This document shows positions 39,728 through 52,167 of a DNA stretch of 64,000 nt, piece by piece (the stretch's first letter is position 1; each line of letters begins with the position of its first letter). This DNA is from Paramecium tetraurelia (Eukaryota), in NCBI GenBank assembly GCA_000165425.1, contig CT867996.1, positions 62,001-126,000 on the forward strand. Direction: 5' to 3'. The notes beneath the pieces were generated by a model. That model did not search any database. It was not told the DNA's origin and worked only from the letters and a program-made list of their open reading frames with translations. Made by a program: the position numbers and the translations under genes.

Positions 39728-41874
39728 ATGAAAACATAATTTACTCACATACCTATCCTTCATAAAGATAAGGAAATAAATGATAATGCTCAGACACTTA
39801 TGCTACGAAATAAGAACATCAGTATTTGGCCTAATGATATCCCTTAAAAATTACTTAATCTCGATCTAAGTGGAAATCGATTTTCAACCATTCCTCATCA
39901 AATCAATTTAATATGTCAACTCTAAAAACTTGTATTGCGAGACAACAAAATAGACACTCTTGAAACATCTGTGAATCTGCCCTAACTCTTCTACTTAGAC
40001 CTTAGTTATAATTACATAAGTAATCCTCATTTGACTATTAAGGAAAGGTATCTTCCAGTCTTACTACTTTGAATTCCTTGCATCACTTGAATCTGAACTC
40101 CAATCTGATTGATGAAATCCCTCGTCAACTCTTTGACTTATAATTGTACTTCCTGGGCATTGCCAAGAATGCTTTTGTTATGATTCCATAAGAGATTTGT
40201 AAGGTCCTTAAAAATTTAGAACACTTCGAATTGGACTGGTTGGATTACTGTAATTTCTCATACTTTATGGATGAAAAATCATGTACTAAATTACTGACTG
40301 TTTTTGCTGAAGATTGCACATTCTAATAATTTTATGAATTCTTTATGACACCCTAATTCTCCTACAATTTAGAAAAACTATTTACCCATCACTCTTTGGG
40401 AATACTGAGATTGACTTTTGAATTTCAATAAGAAATTTCTATGAAGAGTTTGCTCTATGTAGTGTCCTAACCTGGAACCAAAGAGAACATTAAATTTGTA
40501 ACTTATCTCCTAGATCTCCTAAATTAATATGATTCAGGATTATTAAATGTCATATACATTCTAAGTTTAAGAATTAATTCAACTTTTATTACGTAAATAC
40601 TATAAAACTATGCAATTAATTTGCATTACCCAATTAAATTTGATTTAATTTGTAATCAAAAGATTCTAATTCTAAAGAATCAAACACCATACACTACAAT
40701 CTTACAATACAGCAGCAATATCGATGTAGTAATGGAATCCTGGGCTCTAAAAGGCTTTGATCCATAAATTAAGTACCAAGGAGAGAATTGCCTACATGTA
40801 GCTATCAAATAAAATACCTATGAAGGTGTTTAATGGGCAATACAGCATTGTAATGTCGATTAAAGGGAGAGCATTCATAAGAATTCTCCTCTGCATACTA
40901 TCTTTCAGAAACAACAATCTGTAGATATGTTTTATCAATTGGAAAATTATAGACCTAATCCTTTTATAGTCAACCGCTATAACAAAATTCCACGTTTCTA
41001 TTAGACCTAAATGATTTAGTTAAGATTTGTAAAGTTGTATTTAAAATACGAACTTCGCTATTTAAAATTTCACTTCTTAACTTACAACTCAAACAATTTT
41101 CATGGGATGATCACCTCAGGAAGTAGATCTAATGCTAGATAAGATTGTGAATTTTCAGCTATTAATACGACTGACATGAGCATATTAAGTGGAGAATAAT
41201 TATTAGAATAATTATTGAGTGAGGTTTTAAAGATATTGAGATCCTCAAAATCCCTTCCCTTAATTATAGACAAGATCAATCTACTGATAAATAGTTTCTT
41301 GGATTTATAAGCAAGGATGTATTTACAATCCATATTGTAACTTTTAATTTGTAAAGCTAAATATGGATGGATGTACAAATCTGCAATTCTGCCTTAGATC
41401 ATCACTGAAATCAATATGCTATTCAAACATAAATTCTATTTAGAAAAAAGGATATTCTGTGTTTAAGATTTTAAGTTAATAATTGAAAATAGAAAATTAA
41501 TAATTAACCAGGTCAAATTAGAATCATAGAATCCTGAATAAGATCATCTGAATAATTTGTCCCAAAGACTTAAGTCCAATATCTCCAATGTAATTGATCC
41601 TTAAATGTAGACAAGATTCCACGAATAATATGTTTTCAATTACATCAATATTGTTTATCTAGGCAAAAATATGAAAAAGCATGCATAAAATGATATCAAC
41701 ATCTTGAACCAATACGAAAATTTATAGTTCAAGGATATGTTTCTTGAAGAGCAAATAGACATCCCAGATAGTCCAAGAACCGCTATCATCGATAAAATGA
41801 AGTATGCTCCAGTGGTGAATGCGAAATTCAAAGATTTTTCAAATCTGAGATCAAAGTCACAAATGGATATATGA
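39728..41874 (+). CDS. Leucine-rich repeat + ankyrin repeat protein, paralog of 26643-29342
   Basis: LDLSGNRFSTIP, LVLRDNKI, LDLSYNYI, LNLNSNLIDEIP; FELDWLDYC; GENCLHVAIK, KNSPLHTIF. Confidence 0.85.
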
Positions 41875-41879
41875 ATTAT

Positions 41880-43207
41880 TCACACTCATAATTAATAACT
41901 AACATCTAAATTTAAAAAACAGCAAGATCTCTGATTTCGTACTTCTACGATATGATATTTAGTTATTCTAATAATTATAATTTTATTTCCTCTCTAACAT
42001 AGGATTATGGACCATAGTCTTCCGCCTTAAACTCTATTATGGAGTTTTTCAATATCGTATTGATGCAAACTATTCATTCTCTGACTCAATTAGTTCGCTT
42101 TTTTTGGAGACAAAAGTTAAGAACTTTGGCTTTGGCTTACTAAAGTGTTGCTTATGAATCTGCCCATGATCCTAGTTGAAGACTCCATGATTTATAGCCT
42201 TAGAGGCGGTTAGTCTATGGGAAGGATTTTAGAAAGAAAACTTTATAGGAAATCCAAAGCCTCCCTGCTAGAATTGGCTACACTCAAATCAAACAAGCCT
42301 TGCTTATTAAGTTGGACTCTTTTATTGTAATTTTCCGATTCAAATGGTATTTATCCAGTCAGCATCTAAAAGAGCAGAACACCAATACTAAAAAAATCCA
42401 CTTTGAAATCAAATAGTTTATTCTGCAGCAATTCAGGAAAAGATCCTATGAATATCTAAGCATAATATTCTCTGGTTTTATGTCTCTATGCATCACACAA
42501 AGGCCATTCATATATTCTAAAGAAATAAGCAATTAACAAATTAAGTGAAATGCTCTTTTTTCATTCACCTTCGATTTTTTAATTTCTTATCGCAGATTGC
42601 CACCCAATAGTAATTCAAATATAAATTGAAGGATTCATAAATATGAACCAAGTCAGGATGATCCACCTGTTGAGCTATTTCTAATTCCTTTGTCAAAGTA
42701 ATCTTATCACTTGGTAAATGCAAATAAGATTTTTCAAAGTCTTAATAGCAAACTCAATTATTTTTAACTCTGTAAACCAAACTTGTATAGTTAATACATA
42801 CCTTTCCATAGACACCCTATCCAATTAGTTTGAGAATAGAGTATTTTTGAGTGATATTCGATTGAATGCACTGCGTTTTTAGTATTTCAATAACTCTTCT
42901 ATCTTATCATATATTTCAAGATAATTTTATCCAAAACCTAATCTGCAACCCTCCCATAAGAGATTATGCTTGACCATATCACAAACTTTCCATTTCTATT
43001 AAAGTCTACATTTATTTATTACATGATTCCTAAATTTATATAGATTTTGTCCTTTCAGGATTAAAGTAAATTCCCTATAGACGCCAGATTTAGAGGAAAT
43101 ATGAAAACTACCTGAGTCTGTTGACTAAGTACTTTGATTCCTTAGAGTGATTCGATTTTCTAGAGTAGAAAGTTACTTAGCATTTTAGGATTACCATTGT
43201 GGATCAT
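41880..43207 (-). pseudogene. Ser/Thr kinase pseudogene (family of 24014-25196)
   Basis: GQGVYGK and HRDIKPEN are present, but the intron acceptor is TG, there is a TGA at 42754-42756, there are several frameshifts, and the DFG-activation loop is deleted (ENIMLRYSQDL joins PELLQNKLFDFKVD out of frame near 42440). End coordinate is approximate. Confidence 0.85.
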
Positions 43208-43314
43208 TTATTAAAATATAGCAAATTACAATATCAAACCAACAAATAAATAAATGTAATAATTAATTAATGAATTTTTTTATTATAAGTACAATTGCAC
43301 TTTGTTTATACATA

Positions 43315-44561
43315 ATGCTTGATATCGAATTAAACGATTAAATGTGGGAAGTTAATACTGCACTTACCGTGTATTTGCAAGAACACTAATTTCCAGGGGA
43401 AAAGGAAGTGTTTCTATTTTTTTCATATTCTCTTTATGCTCTACCAGGAATAGCCCTTATAGCGTTTTTGTTCTGCGATAATAAAATGGGTGCTTTGCTG
43501 TATGTTTGCCTGATATAAACAATTTTTGCTGAGAATCAAATTCTTAAAAATATATATCGCCAAGCACGCCCCTACTTTATTGAAAGTGCAATCCAGCCTT
43601 ATGAGTGCAACAAAGAATTTGGTAAACCTTCTGGCCATGCAATGTCATCATCAGCAATGTATTTTCTTTTACCTTTAATAATATTCCCTGCCATTTTAAG
43701 TGACAAATCTAAGTAATTCAATGTTATGAAATAGCCACAAGTATTTAAGAGTAATTGTAATTGCAATAGTGACCATGTGGACATTCATGACAGGATTTTC
43801 AAGAGTCTTTATGGGTGTTCATTCATTCGGATAAATCTTACTTGGTTGGGTCTATTCTGCCTATTCGATTTTCATTTATATGCGTTATTTTCATAATCCG
43901 ATTACTCATTACATTAAATAATGCTTACAACCAGGATCCTTTGGAGTATCAAGCAATGTTGTATAAGCAGTCGGATTATTTGCACTTTTATGGACTGGCT
44001 TATCAATTCTACTCTTTGAATTCAATAACAAAGTATTAGGAGAAGAGGATGAAGTGGATGATTGGCTGGATGCATTGTATTAGAAATGTGCAAACTAAAA
44101 AACTCATTACAAGTTCAACAGTCCATAAGTGTTACATAATATTAGTTTCAGTCTAAGCTTGTACATTTGGCTACCATTCAGTTTCATCCTAGGTGTTAAG
44201 TTAAGCAAAGGCATTTACAATGAAAATCAGTTCAGTGTCTACTACAAGTTACTTACTTTTTCGCAAAAGGTTAGCAGAGTACTGATTTTCATTTTGTTAA
44301 TCTCAACGTTGATTCCCATAATTTTAAGCTAATTCGAAAATTCCTATGGATATGCATTTGGAAAAGTAATTTAATATGTTCATTTTATCAAAGATTCTTC
44401 CTTTATCCTTTTTATTGGGATTGCATATCACTTACATCTACTCGAAGCTCTTAAATTACTTCAAGCTTACAGTGGAGGGAGATTTTATATAAATGTCATC
44501 GCAATTGGTTTCAGCTCCTGAAGGATACAAAGCTAGTGAATTAGGGTAAATCAATTTTTGA
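43315..44561 (+). CDS. PAP2-superfamily integral membrane phosphatase (glucose-6-phosphatase-like signature)
   Basis: C1 KNIYRQARP, C2 CNKEFGKPSGHAM, C3 SRVFMGVHSFGQ; multiple TM helices. Confidence 0.88.
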
Positions 44562-44633
44562 ATAGTTTTAGAATTATTATTTGAAAAATCATTGAAATCA
44601 AAATAAATAAACAATAATATTAATATTTAATAT

Positions 44634-46621
44634 ATGCAATATATAAAAAATCAATTACCTCTGATCATTTCGGGTAATAATTTATTTCCATTTAGTAATT
44701 AAAAGCTTAGATATCTTTGGATAATCCATTACTTTGAACATTAACAAACAAAAAGCATATAAAACAGCATTTGGTGGCATTTCATCAATCTGTCTCATCT
44801 TCATTTTGATCACTATATTTCAATCCAATATTGTTGATTTCTTCAAAAAAACAGATGTTGTTTTCTCTACCAAAACTGAATTTGACCCAGACCCTGCTTA
44901 AATTAAAATGAATATCTAAAATTACATGGTAGCATTTTCAATTGAATAAATCAATTTCGTCACCAACCCGATGTTCAATATAACAATCGAATAAAGGTAA
45001 TGAATTCATTCCATATTGAATTAGAAATTATTCGAGAGACTAATTCGGCAAACAAATTAAATAAATCCAGTACCTACAATTAGAGCCATGCACATTAGAT
45101 CATTTTGAATTTCTGTTGAATTAACCTGACTCTGATTTCGAATCGCAATACAATCAACTTGAATTATATGATTGGCTTTGTCCTTAGTAAAATTTGTTAT
45201 ATTTTTAGGAAGGACTTTTAATTCACTTTAGAAGGGACCTATACTAGCACAATATTTGATTTTATCAGAGTTGTGGTCAGTGATTGTGATGATTCCAAAA
45301 AGGGGTATAATAATTGGAACCCTAAATGTGCCACATAATCTGAAAAAACTCTACATCTAAATGAATAAGGATAATTTAAATTGTAGATCTACTAAGTGAA
45401 CTCTGTTGTCAATCCCAAAGCTCCTGAACAATATTATTAATCCTATCTTGATGGAGAAATGTATTTTACTTTCGTTCCTTAGAAGTTATCAAGGCAAACA
45501 AATCTGTATTATAGAAAATATTAGTTTTAAAATGATGGCTCATTAATGCCATTTTTTTAGTATTTACATATGGTTGATTATTTAGGTCAATAAATAAAAA
45601 TGAATTGATTGTCAGATAGAGTGTGGATTACAGAGATTTAACAGAACTGGGAAGAGATACAGATCAAAATTATGCAATTGTTTATCTCAGGAGGAGTCAG
45701 TTCTCAGAATACGTTAATAGAAGATATATGAAAATAGATGAACTATTGGCATTTCTAGGAGGATTTTTATAAATAATGATAACTGGCTTTGGAATATTTA
45801 TAATGTATTATAATAAATTGTAATGTAAGTAATCGTTTATGATTATATATTTTAGTGTAAATAGAATTATCTAATAAATTTTATAATTTCTCTAGAGGAT
45901 TTAATAAAACTAACACCTTTAGAAAATCGGCGAAGTATAGTGTTAATGGATCAATAAAAAATGATACCAAAATTGGTATTAAACAGCCCCCAGAAGTAAA
46001 AAAAGATGTCACATTGATGAATGATAAGGAAGAAATCAGTATTACTCAATAAATCTTAAATTTGTTTGAAAAATCTACTAAATTAAAATTGACTCCCAAA
46101 TCATTAATAAATTATCTATCCTTTGGATACTTATTGAATGATTAAGACACAAAGATCTTTAACAAAGCAATGTAACTATTCATTCTTATTTATTTAGGGT
46201 CAGGGTAGACTAAAGTTTGGATATTTAAGAAATACTATATTAGTTGTAGGAAGTAAATAAATTAAAAACGTTGATGCTTAAGAGACAGTAAATTATACTC
46301 TTTAATTTCACTTAAAAACCAAATTTGACATTGGAAGAGGAAGAATAACTCCCTAGTAGATTGTTGATTGAACAGTAGTTAATAGAGGATGACAAGGAAG
46401 AATTCAATAAAGACTAGATAATAAATGATCTATACAAGGCATGGCAAGATATAGGTTCTGATAATGGTTAAAATGTTTGCCAATAAGAATTGAATTAGAA
46501 ACTAAATCAAGAATTAGGCGTTGAAATTCAAAAAGTGTTCCATGATTATGTTAAGGCACAAAAAGATTTGAATATGTAAAAATAAGAAGATCAACAACCA
46601 CTTAAACAGTAAATAGAATGA
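44634..46621 (+). CDS. Uncharacterised two-TM protein with large Cys-containing ectodomain
   Basis: LDIFG...KTAFGGISS + TM1; ectodomain with EPC, WLCP, DC, PKC; RRYMKIDELLAFLGGFLQI + TM2; cytosolic tail. Six introns, frame checked intact. Confidence 0.85.
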
Positions 46622-46722
46622 AAAATGATAATCTAAGAATAGAATCATGATATATTGATTAAATTAATATGATCTATTTTGAAAATTTGAGAAATTGAAT
46701 GAATCTATAATAATGAATTTCA

Positions 46723-49700
46723 TCACCCTTCTGAGTCAGGATAAATTTAACTGATTTTAATGCTTCTGCGAGGAGTGAAACGTTTTCTTTGAAATACATT
46801 TTTAAGTTCTACTATTTTTGATATTGATAGGCCAGGTTTACGAGGTGGATTCCTAGTGGTTTTAAGTGATCGTTCTCTTTGTTGAAGTTTCTAGTATTTC
46901 ATAATATATTCAAATGGGAAGTACATATAATAAATGAGTTTATTCATGTAATTGAATTTTCTTATTGATTTGCTTCGTAATTCTTATAATACCTTATTGA
47001 TGTTGTGACTTACCATGTAAAGATCATAATTCTTTACAATTTCAAATTAATCTAATCCCTACTCTGATTTAAACTACAAATACAGCATTTCAATATCTAA
47101 AATAGAGTTAATATTATCCAGCTATTCATTTGAAGCTGACTTTCTCATTTTTAAAAAAAGCTGTTCAATTTACAATTGCATCATTTCATTAAATTCAGCT
47201 TACTAAGTTTGTTCGACATCTAATTAAGATTTTTGAGGTTATTATTATTACTGCGATTAGTATTTACTCAAGTAATTCTTCTTATACATTGATAATTTGG
47301 CTGTTGTGTACTTATTGAAAGTAGGTGGTTTAAGATCAAAGTCATTTTGATTTTACACTCTTTTAACTTAGAGATTGTAATCATAGGAGGTTTGTGAATC
47401 CAAGATGCCTTATTTCCGCCTTTGATTATTGGAATGGACCATGCTTTGCGTTGGACTCAATGGTTAGAGTGGAAGGTTATTGGAGGAGTAAAAGTTATCC
47501 GTAACTAACATGGAATCTGACTTTCTCAAAAGAATCTTTTAAGTAGGTTCATGAGTTTGACGTGGAGAAACGCATTCATCAGATTTCATAGGATTTTCAT
47601 CGGCTTCTTAATCAAATATTAATTATTATTGCAATTGCGACTTAATTAATTTCTGCTTTTCGTTTTGAAAATAGAGTGTAAATTATTCTATAATGTCTAA
47701 ATCAGGTAATGTCTGAAAGAGATCTTTAGTTCGTTTTTAGGATCTTTTCCATTTATTTCTTTCTTATGGTTTGGAGTATAGATGCCGCTTAACAACAACT
47801 TCTCGATCAATAGTAATTTTGAGTTAAGGACATCCTATAAGATTGTGGTCACCTTGTTTACATGCTGCACAATAGACTCCGTAAGGTAACTATTTCTTTT
47901 GAATACTCAATTAGATATTGTCTTTGAGTTGACAATAATGCTAATAGTCTTTTGGGAAATTGTTTAAGACTGACAAAAAATCACTCTAATAATTAATAAA
48001 AGGGTATACTTTACTGAGAATCAGAAGACTAACATAACCAATGGCTTAATAGACTTGAGTGTTTTGATTTTCAGATACGAAATCTTAGACTTAGAGGAAT
48101 TGGCCCTAACTTTGAATTCCTTAGAGTGAATAACGATGTCTATTTAGGTATTGTAATTGGCCTTGTTCAACAAAACAGAGATGTGGTTGTTTAATATTAC
48201 CAAGAGTAAAGATGGAGAATGTATTTTAGGGTAGTATGATAGTTCTAGCAATGTGACAAGATAGAGCATTCTAAAATTCTAGGCTAAAATTACTGGATAA
48301 AAAGGAGCAATGACTAAAAAATACACTATTTGATTATTGCCTTAATTCCTACTTCAACTCCTTCTGATAGTTCAGCCAATAATTATTCCTCTTATTGTAG
48401 ATCTATTTCAGCTTCTTCCTTCCATCTGAAATTGAGATATTCTCGAATTCTAAAATGCTATAAATTATGATTACCTATATTGGAGTCCATAGGGAATTCT
48501 GCGTTTATGCATGTATCTGTTGATGACTCTTATTTTCTTGATTCTCTCCACCATATTTTAATTGATTTCCTTGATTATGATACCAATTGTATTGACACTG
48601 TAACTGAACCATAAGCATGCTCCCATTATGAAGAAGATTGCCACTATTTTCTCATTTGAACTTTTAGGTACATTATCTCCATATCCGATTGTCAACATGG
48701 TAACAATTGCGAAATAGAATGCCTCCAAGTATTGAACTTGCCATGATTGTTAATCTAATTATTTGTATTTGATCCAAGATTCGTCACTCAAATTTGAATT
48801 GAAATACCATATACATGAGAACATATGCAAAATGTACATTAGAGTAAGAATTAATTTGAATAGACTGATTATTCCTTTCTATGATTTACTAAAGTATTGT
48901 GATTCTTCACTCTTTTGAATGACTTCACTAATATGTTTGAATTGCATCAGCGAAGTAAGCAAGATAATCAGATAATAATTAGATATTTATTCTTCATCTT
49001 TAATACAGTAATACAATAGAGGTGCTATTGTTAATACATCTATAAATAAAACCCTAAAGATTTATCTGGCGTACTATCTCGAATCTATCCAATACAGCAT
49101 GTCCTTTTACATAACATATTGTATTTAATCTAATTATGACATCAAAAAGCAATAAAGATGAGAGTAGAGAAGTGAGTGCCAAAATCTAATCAAACAAAAT
49201 GCCTGGAACATAAGCAATCTCAAGTGGTATTAATACTAATAATATCAATCTAATTAAGGTTATGAAGTAATCCCACATTAATTTGTTGGGACTCTCAGGA
49301 TGGAACTAAGGGATTTTTGATAATTTCTCATATGCATACTTCCTCGCCATTTAATACTTCTCCTTTATGGATTAATAGACTGGATTCTCAGGGTTCACTA
49401 ATGTTTGTTACCGAAAAAGTCGGGACACATTTCTAATTTGAAATATTGGACTTGCAAATTTCATTTAAGTAAGCATAACCTGACTATTATGGCATTGTTT
49501 TATTTACTTATCAGACCCCTGATCATCTATCAATTATAAATGACTCTCGTTGATATTTTGCAATTTTTGTCTATGACTGCGTATTTTCTAAACAAATTGC
49601 TTCACAAAGAAGAATGCCATCAAACTCACACCAGTGCGTTAAGCTCGTTTAGTCCATTCTGGAAGTAAGGCCTAATTAGAATATTAATCAACCTCATTTG

Positions 49701-49866
49701 TTCTAAGAGTGTCCAATTATGACTTAATTACTAAATTTGGACTATTGAATGTCCCTCTGAAACCAGTATTCAAGTACTCTTGATCATAGTCTAATTCATT
49801 TATGGCCTATAACTCTTGTATTGGCGTAAAATTGTTCTGTTGGTACAAGAGATTTGATTAATTCAT
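46723..49866 (-). CDS. Six-TM K+ channel with cyclic-nucleotide-binding-homology domain; two +1 frameshifts in this sequence
   Basis: S1 IPLEIAY, S2 DVIIRLNT, pore YFAIVTMLTIGYGD, C-linker INRYMHKRRIPYGLQYRIREYL, CNBD LCFVEQGQL. Extra bases at about 49068 and 48360 break the frame (pseudogene or assembly error). Confidence 0.88.
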
Positions 49867-50186
49867 TTTAGTTTTAATATATTGTAATACATTTACTCTT
49901 TCGATGGTAAATTGATTCAGAATTCAGATTAATGATTTTACAACTATATTAGATTAAAATGATTTAATGATCAAATTATTAAATCAAGCAAATCCTTCTC
50001 TTCTGTCTCTCATTTAAGGGAAGTATTCATTGAAATCTATTTTAAAATCATCCAAATGATGAAATTAAATATGAATTTATTCAATAAATTTGATGATTGA
50101 GTTTTTCTTTTCTAGTTATTATTATTTAATTAATGTAACAAGATAAATAATATGAAAACATATACTACTAGCCCAAAGGAATTATA

Positions 50187-52034
50187 ATGCATACACGCCA
50201 ATCTGTTAAACCCTTCCTTTTACCAAAAACAGAAGCCAGCACACACCGCTTTTCCTAATTAGATTATTTTACAGAACCCACAGCCAGTATAGTAGATCCT
50301 CAAGGACCTCAAACTGACCGAACGCATGTCAGAAACAATAGATAACTTGTCAAAAATAATAAGGTTGTTACTATCGAACCTGAATCTAACATATTAAACG
50401 AGGAGAAGAATAAATTACAAACCAAGTTTAATTTATTAGACTCTTTTACTTTGAGACATTCACAACATCATTTATAAGGGAGGAATGATATCAAATAAGA
50501 ATTTTTCTAGAGAAAGTTTAGCCAATAAAAACTAGGTTTCAAACTACAACAACTAGACGAAGAATACGAATCTAATGTAATTTTAAGAAGAAATCAGTTC
50601 TTTTATACTTCTTTAAGAATAAAAGATCGATACTCACCTTTGATTCTTCAAATTAGAATCAAATAAGGTGATCCGAACACAAGAATGCGAATATTTGCTT
50701 CTCCTAAATTCATCCAACCTAATCGATTTAACGCTACTGTTGAAGTCAGTGGAAGATAATTAAAATTTGCCTCTAATTCTGAAATCTTTCAAGAAGAAAC
50801 CCTATACGTTGCAATTTTGGCCCTAAATGAACTATCAATTGGCATAAACATTGAATTTGGAAGACCTGCTACTAAAAGGGTTGTGTAGAGAGAAAGAAAA
50901 GAAAAATCTATCCACGAATTTCCTCCTGATTTAGAACTTTAAATAGAAGAAATTATGATGCGAAGAAGACTTCGATATGCTAATTAATAAAATTATGTTG
51001 AATTAAATAAATGCTCTTAGATGTCCCGTAGAATTTAAGAAAAACCTCAAACTCCAAAACAAGTAGAGGTAAAGCAAAAAATTAGAAGGATGAAAACGGA
51101 GCAAAGTCTAAAAAGAGTAGCTTAGTTATAAGTTCACGATATAGCCAGATAAATTCATAGAAAATAGTTAGAGATGTAAAGAGAAATTAAACATCGAGAG
51201 TATGTTTAAAAGACCTGGTTTAAAATTGTTTGTTTAATCAATATTTTAGCTCCTGGTATCAATGAATTTATAGAAAATCAAAGATAATTAGTTGCTAAAA
51301 ATATGAAAAAACAAATCTCTTTAGTCTAGCTCTTAAATAAAATTAAGAAAAGAGTAGAAAGATTTGGGCCCAATTGTAAATTAAGAACGATCTTATAAGG
51401 AAAATGGTAATATTCATTCATTTTTTAATAGTTGCTTACAATTAATTGCAAATAATTCAAGAATCATTGCAAAAAAAAGAGCATAAAAGATAATTACACA
51501 AATGTTGTAAAACAACATTACTTGCTTTATTACTGAGAGCAAAGGCACTCATGTTGTCAATTTAAGTAATGCGAAAAACCATATGAAGTAAAGAAATGCG
51601 TGAATCGATTAGTGAAGCACAAAATCAGTAGAATTGAGTTTATGAGCAATCTCAAACTATACCTGAGTGTCTAGTACAAGCAACTTTACCAAATAGCTCT
51701 TAGATACAGTAAGCAAAGCGATTCATCCAAAAACAAAAGAGATCCTATACATTTTCTATTATATGATGCGTAAAATTTTGAGTAATTTAATAGTTCTTTT
51801 CTGCATCAAATGACAAAGAAATTATTGAGTCATGTATTTGAAAAGTGGAATAAAAACTTTATCACTTTTAGAAATGCAACCAAAGAGGAAAGAGAAAAAA
51901 AAGGTAAAAAGGGAGTGGCCCTATTTTGGTAACCCCCAAAACTATTTGAATTACCTTAGGATATAGTGGTTAGACTATTCTTATTTGAAGAGCTTGAGAA
52001 ACGAGGACTAATAACTGGAGAATACAAAGAATGA
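50187..52034 (+). CDS. Hypothetical protein with predicted beta-sandwich domain and basic helical C-half
   Basis: MHTRQSVKPF...NQFFYTSLRIKDRYSPLILQI...MRIFAS...TLYVAILALNELSIGINIEFG; two introns; TGA 52032-52034. Confidence 0.7.
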
Positions 52035-52167
52035 AATTCATGAAACTAATAATTATGAATCCAAGCATTAAATTGTATAATAATTAAAATTTCTTTCTGA
52101 ATTTTTAAATCTTAAATTATGAGTTATTGATTAAATTGAAAAAAAATGAGTCTTTATACATAATTAA

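Noticed and set aside
48355..49075. Euplotes-style programmed +1 frameshifting in the K+ channel
   Set aside because: That mechanism relies on an in-frame AAA-TAR stop. TAR is Gln here and neither site has the motif.
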